From the NCBI GenBank assembly GCA_001784635.1, contig MFRS01000004.1, positions 14,151 through 57,667 on the forward strand: a DNA stretch of 43,517 bases. The letters are read 5' to 3'. Both the position numbers and the translations under genes were made by a program. The stretch comes from Candidatus Micrarchaeota archaeon RBG_16_49_10 (GTDB taxonomy: Archaea; Aenigmatarchaeota; Aenigmatarchaeia; CG10238-14). Under the pieces are notes generated by a model. That model was not told the DNA's origin and ran no database searches. It saw only the letters and a program-made list of their open reading frames with translations. This document shows, piece after piece, positions 18,781 to 25,535 of this stretch. The stretch's first letter is position 1. Every line of letters starts with the position of its first letter.

Positions 18781-19836
18781 TCAAATCCACTTCTGCCTCT
18801 TGAAGTACTTCACCATTATCACCAAGACTACTAATATGATTATCCAGAAGAGCAGGTAGCCGTTCTTCCACTCCAGCTCGGGCATGTACCTGAAGTTCAT
18901 GCCGTAGATGCCGGCCAGGAAGGTCAGCGGGATGAATATGGTGGATATTATCGTGAGGGTCTTCATGACCTCGTTCATCCTGTTGCTTATGCTCGAGAGG
19001 TATATGTCCAGCATCCCCGACACCAAGTCCCTGTACGTCTCCACCGTGTCGATGACCTGGATGGTGTGGTCGTAGACGTCCTTGAGGTAAATCTTCGTGG
19101 CCTTCTTTATCAGCGGGACCTCCTCCCTCTCGAACGCCTTGATCACCTCCCTCAGCGGCCAGAGCGACCTCCTCAGGAAAATCATGTCCTTCTTCAGCCC
19201 CTGTATCTTGTTGAGCGTCTTCGCAGTGGGGTTCTTGATGAGGTTCTCCTCCAAGTCCTCTATCTTATCGCCGAGCTTCTCCAGGATGACGAAGTAGTTG
19301 TCGACTATGGCATCCAGCAGCGTGTAGGCGAGGTAGTCGGACCCGTGCTTCCTTATCCTCCCCTTCCCGCTGCGAAGCCTGGCCTTTACCGAGTCGAAAA
19401 TTGTACTCTCCCTCTCCATGAAGGTTATGACAAAGTCGGGGCCGACAATAAGGCTTATCTGCTCGACCTTCAGCTCGCCGTAGATGTCGTAGTACTCCAA
19501 TGTCTTCAGGACAATGAATATGTGGCCATCATAGTACTCTATCTTCGGCCTCTGCTCCGTGTTGAGTATATCCTCCAGCATCAGGGGATGCATGTCGAAA
19601 TGCTTCCCTATCTTCTCTATCACGCCGATGTCATGGATGCCGTCGATGTTTATCCACTTGACGGTCTTCGCCTTTTTTCCAAAGCATTCCTCGACTGTCT
19701 TCGCCTCCCTCTCCTCGAAGGCCTCCTCGTTGTACTCTATGACCTTTATCGTTGTGATTTGGGTCTTCTTCTTGCCTATGTGGACAAGGGAGCCTGGTGG
19801 GAAGCCTGTCTTCTTGGATCTGGTCGCTGGAGCTAT
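18781..19836 (-). CDS. corA: Magnesium/cobalt transporter CorA (probable ATA start)
   Basis: YGMNF and MPEL motifs. The conserved N-terminus (SKKTGFPPGSLVHIG, WINIDG) lies upstream of the first GTG; the frame is closed by TAA at 19848-19846; SD AGGTGA lies 4 nt before ATA 19836. Confidence 0.9.
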   Translation of the reverse strand: MAPATRSKKTGFPPGSLVHIGKKKTQITTIKVIEYNEEAFEEREAKTVEECFGKKAKTVKWINIDGIHDIGVIEKIGKHFDMHPLMLEDILNTEQRPKIEYYDGHIFIVLKTLEYYDIYGELKVEQISLIVGPDFVITFMERESTIFDSVKARLRSGKGRIRKHGSDYLAYTLLDAIVDNYFVILEKLGDKIEDLEENLIKNPTAKTLNKIQGLKKDMIFLRRSLWPLREVIKAFEREEVPLIKKATKIYLKDVYDHTIQVIDTVETYRDLVSGMLDIYLSSISNRMNEVMKTLTIISTIFIPLTFLAGIYGMNFRYMPELEWKNGYLLFWIIILVVLVIMVKYFKRQKWI

Positions 19837-20112
19837 AATATCACCTTAAATTAGCAGAAGATATTTTGTTTTTTCAGATATAAAATTTTTGCAGGAAAAG
19901 AATAAAAAAGCAAGAAAAGCGCAGGACAATTGGCGCTTACCTCCGCCTTAGCATCATCGGCAAGAAACTGTAGTCTCCTTCGTTTCCGTCATTCCCCATC
20001 CCTCCGTCTTTCTCACACGCCGGACGCAAATTTCAACTTTCCAACAAAGCGGGTTTTATCCGGGCTGCTGTGTGACATGCAATAGTAATGGGATTGGGGG
20101 ATATATCTCGCC

Positions 20113-20144
20113 TGCGAACAAAAGGTACGGACAAATCGTTCGCA
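20113..20144. promoter_or_regulatory. Inverted repeat TGCGAAC-N18-GTTCGCA next to a bidirectional TATA element (GCTTATAAAA)
   Basis: Perfect 7-bp arms at 20113-20119 and 20138-20144; TATA-like sequence at ~20147-20155 can be read on both strands. Confidence 0.5.
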
Positions 20145-20213
20145 AAGCTTATAAAAAGGTGAAAGGTAAACTAAATAAGTGCTGCCTTTGTTGGCTATTA
20201 GGGTGAATGGTTT

Positions 20214-20939
20214 ATGCATATAATAATACCAATCTGGTTCTACGGGTTCGACTCCGCGATGTACATGATTTGCTCAATGATAGGGTTCCTGTTGAGCTTC
20301 TACTTCAACAAGATATACACGCTCAGCTTCGAGAAGAGGCACCTTTACCTCTACATAGGCTTCCTTTTACTGGCGATAGGTTTCATGGGGCTAGGGATAG
20401 CGAGTACCTACAGCTACGTGAGCTTCAAGGCTTGCATGAGGGTGTGCAACCTGGGGCTGATAGACGATGTGTTCTCCGTCGAGGACTTCGCCTACTTCGC
20501 TTACTTCGGGTTCTCGATCGCCGCCTACATAATGTTCCTCCAGGCCTACAGGATGATGAGGCTGAACCTGACGAACGTCTTCGTATTCGCCCTGCTCGCA
20601 TACCTGCTGATGATTGTGCTCTTCATGCCCGAAAGCCGCCTAGGCTCAATATGGTACGGGTACAGCGGATACTTCCACTTCACTTCCCTCCTCATCCTCT
20701 CCTACATAACCTTCAAGAATGCGGTGAACTACGACGAGAAGAAGAGCGTGAATTCTCTTTTGGTCGTGAACGCCTTCGCCTTCCTGTCAATGTCCCACAT
20801 GCTCCATCTGTTCTCCTTCGTAAGCGGCCTGGTCTATGTGCTCGCCCACATCTTCATGCTTATCGGGTTCGGCAGCCTCCTGATAATGGTGGTCAAGATA
20901 GTGAGGGGGTGCAGCGTCCCGGACTTTTCCGGTGGGTGA
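20214..20939 (+). CDS. Polytopic (~7 TM) membrane protein, possible sensor
   Basis: About seven hydrophobic segments and a CxxxC loop (KACMRVCN); translationally coupled to the downstream wHTH gene. Confidence 0.75.
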   Translation: MHIIIPIWFYGFDSAMYMICSMIGFLLSFYFNKIYTLSFEKRHLYLYIGFLLLAIGFMGLGIASTYSYVSFKACMRVCNLGLIDDVFSVEDFAYFAYFGFSIAAYIMFLQAYRMMRLNLTNVFVFALLAYLLMIVLFMPESRLGSIWYGYSGYFHFTSLLILSYITFKNAVNYDEKKSVNSLLVVNAFAFLSMSHMLHLFSFVSGLVYVLAHIFMLIGFGSLLIMVVKIVRGCSVPDFSGG

Positions 20940-20940
20940 G

Positions 20941-21222
20941 ATGAACGCAAGAAGGACGAAGACGCAGATTTATGTAGACATACTCAGGTCACTCCAGAGG
21001 TCGAACGGCAGGCTGAGGAAGACGCATATAGTCTACAAGGCCAACCTCACCCACACGAGGCTCGAGGAGTACCTGGAGTTCCTGCTGGCTAGGAAGTTCA
21101 TAGAGGAGGACGGCAACGGTAGGCAGGTCTTCTACAAGATCACGGAGAAGGGGATGAGGTTCCTGGAGCAGGTAACAAGGCTGAGGGAGATTTCTGATGC
21201 CTTCGGCGTCTCTTTGTACTGA
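20941..21222 (+). CDS. Archaeal winged-helix transcription regulator (HTH_45/DUF4364-like)
   Basis: RRTKTQIYVDIL...KTHIVYKANL...LEEYLEFL...FI...YKITEKG pattern typical of this family. Confidence 0.85.
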   Translation: MNARRTKTQIYVDILRSLQRSNGRLRKTHIVYKANLTHTRLEEYLEFLLARKFIEEDGNGRQVFYKITEKGMRFLEQVTRLREISDAFGVSLY

Positions 21223-21268
21223 GTCAGTCTAAGTTCATAGGAACTATTGTTCAGGGTTCCGCATCATT

Positions 21269-21712
21269 TCAAACAAAGCCCTCATTTTTCAGTATAGCTT
21301 CGACTTTTTTCATAAATTCTTTTGCCCATTTTAAGGCATTCCTTGCCTCATCTACTGAAACTATGTCAGGCGCATCATAGACCGCCGCATGCCTCTTCTT
21401 GCGCATTCTGTCGAGTATGCCAATCATCCTGTCGGTCAAATCCTTGCCAAACTCTTCGTGGAGGAACTTAACCACGGCCACGTGCTTGTATTCGCCGGCC
21501 GGCTTGAAGCCGCGGGAAAACATCAGAGCTCTTCCGGCCTGCAGCATGGAATTGTATGATATAGCCAAGCTCCAGTTGTAACTTTTGCCTTCAAGGACTT
21601 TACCTGCTACTTCTATGTCCCTACTAGCTATCTCAAAAGTTTTTCTTGCCAGCTCTTTGTCGATTCTTACTTTTCGGATGATTCTGTCCTTCAACAGTCT
21701 TTCTAAACTCAT
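21269..21712 (-). CDS. HEPN-domain protein (UPF0332/COG1895-like), putative toxin
   Basis: SYNSMLQAGRALM...GEYKHVAV...RKKRHAAVYD; coupled downstream of an MNT gene. Confidence 0.82.
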   Translation of the reverse strand: MSLERLLKDRIIRKVRIDKELARKTFEIASRDIEVAGKVLEGKSYNWSLAISYNSMLQAGRALMFSRGFKPAGEYKHVAVVKFLHEEFGKDLTDRMIGILDRMRKKRHAAVYDAPDIVSVDEARNALKWAKEFMKKVEAILKNEGFV

Positions 21713-22271
21713 CCTCATCCCCGACAATCATTATAACTGGCTTTTCGACTATGTCCAACAATAAGTGATGCCCTTGCCTGGATTTATTCTTGAACTCTTT
21801 TGCGGTCCACAGGATGTAGTTTATGTCCCTAGAAAGTTCCTCTTCAAGCCCACGCACAACCTCAATCAGTTTCTCTTCGTCCAAGTCACCTATTATCAGA
21901 ATGTCCAAATCACTTTCGCTGACCTCATCCCCAATTGCGAAAGAGCCGTAGACTATGCAAAATTTTATCTTGCCGAGTTTGGACAGTTCTCCACTTAAAA
22001 CCTCCCCAAAGCCTAGTGTCTTGAGCACTAACCTCCTGAGATCCTCGTGTATGGGCAAAGACTCGTTCGCCGCGTATAGCTTCTGATTTCCTTTTTTTCT
22101 CTCAGTTACTATGCCGCCTTCGGATAAATTCTTCAGTTCCCTGCCAACGGAATTGGGGTTTTCCCCTGTTATTCTGGCCAGCTCTCTAAGGTAAAACTCC
22201 CTTTTCCTGTCCAAGAAGAACAATTTCAGCAACTTGGTTCTTGTTCTGGAAGTGAAAAGCCTTTGCAACAT
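21633..22271 (-). CDS. wHTH plus minimal nucleotidyltransferase (MNT) antitoxin
   Basis: N-terminal ArsR-like HTH (LFTSRTRTKLL...YLRELAR) and the MNT motif YGSFA.G.....SDLDILIIG. Confidence 0.88.
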   Translation of the reverse strand: MLQRLFTSRTRTKLLKLFFLDRKREFYLRELARITGENPNSVGRELKNLSEGGIVTERKKGNQKLYAANESLPIHEDLRRLVLKTLGFGEVLSGELSKLGKIKFCIVYGSFAIGDEVSESDLDILIIGDLDEEKLIEVVRGLEEELSRDINYILWTAKEFKNKSRQGHHLLLDIVEKPVIMIVGDEDEFRKTVEGQNHPKSKNRQRAGKKNF

Positions 22272-22310
22272 GTATAACTTTAGTATACAAATGTATAAAT
22301 AATTTATACA
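22271..22310. promoter_or_regulatory. Tandem operator, 2x TGTATA-N7-TATACA
   Basis: Copies at 22271-22289 and 22292-22310, covering the start codon and TATA region of the HTH-MNT gene. Confidence 0.75.
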
Positions 22311-22349
22311 GATCCAATTTATTGCATTATTGATTATCGAACTGGTCTA

Positions 22350-22553
22350 TCACAAGGTAAAGGCCGCCGAAGCTATCTTCTCAGCCATCTGCGGCTTTAT
22401 ACCGTGGCCCATCAACATTTTTGCCAAAGTGGAAGGGCTGTGCCCTCTAAGAGGTATGACGATTGTGTCGCCTTTCCACCCGACGACCAGCTCGCCTTCC
22501 GGGGAGATATCGATGTAGTAAGGGTCTATCATGGAGCCAAGGAGACGTCCCAT
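22350..22553 (-). CDS. Hypothetical protein (67 aa)
   Basis: ATG start, plausible alpha/beta composition, co-oriented with neighbours. Confidence 0.5.
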   Translation of the reverse strand: MGRLLGSMIDPYYIDISPEGELVVGWKGDTIVIPLRGHSPSTLAKMLMGHGIKPQMAEKIASAAFTL

Positions 22554-22599
22554 GAAATATTAATGGAAGGATCGTTATTTAGGGTTTTGCACAATGTGA

Positions 22600-23346
22600 T
22601 TATGGGCTGAACGAAAAGCTTCTGATGCCGACTTGAATCTCCTTGTTTTTACTAGGTGGCTCGCCTCCCATTAACCACAAGTTCATCCTGGCCCTCTCCA
22701 TTCCAGGCTCCGGTATACTCTTTCCCCTATAATTCCATCCTATTTCCTTTCCGCCGGAAGACAGGAAGAAGTCTATGCCTTTCGCCCTCCAATCGAACCC
22801 ACATTTGACGTCTTTGGGTGCCACCTCATATCTGTTCATGTTGCCAGGGACATCAAAAGGCTGGACTGTAAATTGGGCGTTGTGACCGTCTCTCTTTCCC
22901 CATCTGGCGAGTTCCACATCGATTTCATGAAAGTCGTCCTCATAGACGAAAAGGCCGAGGACCGTATTATTGTCTGCCGGGGGATTGATGACTTCAAATG
23001 TGTATGTCCCGTAACCCAAGCTATGCGGCGAGTAGACCTCTGATGTATGCCATGCCCTTCCTCTCCTTGTGACGCCTAGCCTTAGAACCCCTTCACGGTC
23101 CACATAGACATTCTCAGGGCTCTCAGAGAAGTAGTTCGGGCCTGGGCCGACTCTTTCCCCGTTGCATTTGACAAGCCAGTCATAACCGGAGAAACTTATT
23201 TGCTTGGGCTGATAACTGCAGGTTGGGTATTCTGGTATTTTTTTGCAACCAGGTAAAAGGCTGACCCCCGCAGCTGCGGCGGCTAAGCTTGCTACCCTTA
23301 GGAAGTCCCGCCTTGAAATTGTCGGTGCTCGGTGCATAGTTGCCAT
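22600..23346 (-). CDS. Tat-signal lipoprotein with GH16-like glycoside hydrolase domain
   Basis: SRRDFL twin-arginine motif, LPGC lipobox, GH16 catalytic EIDVE motif, SEV...GYGTY pattern. Confidence 0.8.
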   Translation of the reverse strand: MATMHRAPTISRRDFLRVASLAAAAAGVSLLPGCKKIPEYPTCSYQPKQISFSGYDWLVKCNGERVGPGPNYFSESPENVYVDREGVLRLGVTRRGRAWHTSEVYSPHSLGYGTYTFEVINPPADNNTVLGLFVYEDDFHEIDVELARWGKRDGHNAQFTVQPFDVPGNMNRYEVAPKDVKCGFDWRAKGIDFFLSSGGKEIGWNYRGKSIPEPGMERARMNLWLMGGEPPSKNKEIQVGIRSFSFSP

Positions 23347-23382
23347 TATCGATTCACCGATTTACCGAATTTGTAAAAAAGG

Positions 23383-23814
23383 TTAGTACAATTTTCCAGT
23401 AAGCTTTCTCAACGCATTGCCTGATGGTAATTTTCCAATTTGTTCCAGTACTTCAGTTTGTGATCCTCTATAGTTAATAAAGTTTCCTAGCATTTGACCC
23501 ATTGTACCGGGAGCTATAGCTACCAAAGAGGTAAAGACATCATAATCAATATTGAAGTTACCTTCTCTGCCGTCAGGCTTAAAATACTTGCCAGTTGAGT
23601 CTAGCGGGCTGACAAAAATCCCAGTTGTACTGTAAGGAATGGACAAACCAGATTCTGTAACCCTCCAGCTTGCCCCAAAGCCACCTAAAGTTTCACATAC
23701 TTTTTTAACGCCATGGTCTCCTCCAAGAATATAGGATAACCTTTCTTTTTGGCTTGGGTGTAAAGGTAAAAATGCAGCCATTGCCCTTCCAACTAAAGCA
23801 GTATCGGTTGTCAT
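23383..23814 (-). CDS. Hypothetical protein (143 aa, AT-rich orphan)
   Basis: ATG start after SD-like GTGA and a TATA (TTTATAT); located just downstream of tRNA-Leu. Confidence 0.65.
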   Translation of the reverse strand: MTTDTALVGRAMAAFLPLHPSQKERLSYILGGDHGVKKVCETLGGFGASWRVTESGLSIPYSTTGIFVSPLDSTGKYFKPDGREGNFNIDYDVFTSLVAIAPGTMGQMLGNFINYRGSQTEVLEQIGKLPSGNALRKLTGKLY

Positions 23815-23889
23815 ATCAATTCACTATCTTATAGTGGTAATAAGTAGTATATAAAGATTTCTATTCTGTAGTGGCTAAATAAAATGGCA

Positions 23890-23975
23890 TGCAGGAGGAG
23901 AGATTTGAACTCTCGTACCCACTAAGGGACTAGGCCCTCAACCTAGCGCGATTGGCCATGCTACGCGACTCCTGC
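23890..23975 (-). tRNA. tRNA-Leu (anticodon GAG), no intron, CCA not encoded
   Basis: Acceptor GCAGGAG/CTCCTGC+A; D arm GCG/CGC; anticodon arm CTAGG-TTGAGGG-CCTAG; long variable arm; T arm GAGAG-TTCAAAT-CTCTC. Confidence 0.96.
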
Positions 23976-24800
23976 CTAACAAAATATATAGTTCAATGCC
24001 CTGAAAATAGTTTTCGCCCCCAGGATTTCCGTGATCTTATCGTCACCCAGAGGCCTAGCCTCCACCAAGTCCATCCCGATGACCTTACCCTTGCATACTA
24101 TCTTCAGCAGCTCGTCGAACTCCCTGAAAAGCATCCCGTCCGGCTCCGGGGTGCCTACGCCGGGCGCTATAGAGATATCGAAGACGTCCATGTCTATGCT
24201 CAGGTAGATGTTCCCCTTGCAGAACTTCTTCAGCTGCTCTTTTGACGGGTTAACTAGGATTTTCTTCGCGAACTCATGCTCGAACTCGTCCCCGGCCCTC
24301 ACCCCTATTATGCAGATGTTCTGGGGGCCGACAATCTCGGCAGCCCTCCTGAGCCAGGTGTTATGAGTGTATTCGCTGCCTTCCCAGACCTCCTTCAGGT
24401 CGTAATGAGCGTCAAAGGATACTATCTTCGTGCCCTTGGGTAATGTTTTAACAGCCCCCAGACTTATCAGGTGCTCCCCGCCTATCATCAACGGGAACTT
24501 GCCTTTTTTGAGTAAACCTTCAACGTATCTCCTGACTATCTCCACCGTCTCCTTAGAGTCCCCTCTGTTGGGCGCCAGATCGCCCGCATCGAATATCTTG
24601 GTCTTCTCCAGGATGTTCTTCCCCGTCTTGAGGTCGAAGGGCTCTATGAAGTTCGTGGCCTCCCTAACCGCCCTGCAGCCGAACCTGGCCCCGGGCATGT
24701 AATCGACCGTGGAGTCGAATGGCACGCCGAAAACCACTAAATCGGCCTCCTTCTCGCTCTTGGCGCTCGCGGGGAACCTGTAGCTCGAGTAGCTCTCCAT
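23976..24800 (-). CDS. speB: Agmatinase (ureohydrolase family)
   Basis: GVPFDST..Y.PGARFG, GGEHLIS, FDAHYD, SIDMDVFD..APGVGTPEPDG motifs. Confidence 0.92.
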   Translation of the reverse strand: MESYSSYRFPASAKSEKEADLVVFGVPFDSTVDYMPGARFGCRAVREATNFIEPFDLKTGKNILEKTKIFDAGDLAPNRGDSKETVEIVRRYVEGLLKKGKFPLMIGGEHLISLGAVKTLPKGTKIVSFDAHYDLKEVWEGSEYTHNTWLRRAAEIVGPQNICIIGVRAGDEFEHEFAKKILVNPSKEQLKKFCKGNIYLSIDMDVFDISIAPGVGTPEPDGMLFREFDELLKIVCKGKVIGMDLVEARPLGDDKITEILGAKTIFRALNYIFC

Positions 24801-24861
24801 GAAAATCACTAGAAATGACTTCTATTATTAGGATTTAAGTTTTTTGCCTTCTTTGGACATC

Positions 24862-24882
24862 GCAAGATGCTACGCATCTTGC
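24862..24882 (-). promoter_or_regulatory. DGR-type cis-acting hairpin GCAAGATGC-GTA-GCATCTTGC
   Basis: Perfect 9-bp stem with a GNA triloop closed by C-G, starting 1 nt after the stop of 24884-25480. Confidence 0.8.
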
Positions 24883-24883
24883 T

Positions 24884-25480
24884 CTACCTACTGGCGGAAC
24901 GAACCCCACTGCCCGAACCCCTGTCGCCGGGAACGAAGTCCGCGACGACACAGAACGGCCCGAAGTCGCTGAGGCCGAAGCCCCGCAGCACGGCCCTTAA
25001 ACCCTTAGAGTTATACCAAAAATATGATGTGTCATCTCCAAAAACTTTCTCAGCATCTTTTCTCTTTTGAGAAGTCCTGCTTGGGAAACCTGTAGGCATG
25101 TCATATTCCAATGCCCATCCTTCTGGGGGCAGTTCTAGTCTGGCAACTTTTCCACCCTCAGCTACCCATACGCCATTTCTGTATACCACATTTTCAGGTC
25201 TTTCCACAGCTTCTCTTCCGTCTCTCAGGAATGTGGACGTCCATTCCCCGCGTCCTCTATTAGAAAGGACACTTTCTCTGTATTCAGGGGAAACAAAAGA
25301 GCCGTCGGAATTTTTACCGAAATAAGCATACCTCAATTCGGCAAGCGTTGGAGCGCCTCCATACACACTTGAATCATTCGGTTGAATTCGATAATTTACG
25401 ATTTCTCTGCCAAGAACTACTCCAGGAACTATAGTTCTTGTTAATTGGGGCACTACAATTCCAGCGTCTTTTTTGGCCAT
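24884..25480 (-). CDS. DGR target protein (FGE-sulfatase-like C-type lectin fold) with C-terminal variable region
   Basis: PTLAELRYA (~LPTEAEWEYA), GEWTST (~WEWT), AVLRG...GVR C-terminus; adenine-depleted 3' end; downstream hairpin. Confidence 0.82.
   Translation of the reverse strand: MAKKDAGIVVPQLTRTIVPGVVLGREIVNYRIQPNDSSVYGGAPTLAELRYAYFGKNSDGSFVSPEYRESVLSNRGRGEWTSTFLRDGREAVERPENVVYRNGVWVAEGGKVARLELPPEGWALEYDMPTGFPSRTSQKRKDAEKVFGDDTSYFWYNSKGLRAVLRGFGLSDFGPFCVVADFVPGDRGSGSGVRSASR
24893..24994 (-). other. DGR variable region (VR)
   Basis: 102 nt with only 6 adenines on the coding strand; variable-looking codons nearly all end in C/T, consistent with derivation from AAC/AAT. Confidence 0.78.
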
Positions 25481-25535
25481 ATAATTTCACTACTCTATAG
25501 TTAGAGCGTAAGGATTTAAGGTTTTTGGAGGGCAG

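Noticed and set aside
19945-19960. ATGATG as a C-box of a C/D sRNA (similar sequence near 39774)
   Set aside because: It does not match RUGAUGA and there is no properly placed CUGA D box.
23885-23890. TGCCA just after the tRNA discriminator as an encoded CCA
   Set aside because: The CCA is offset by 2 nt from the discriminator, so it is not the mature 3' end.
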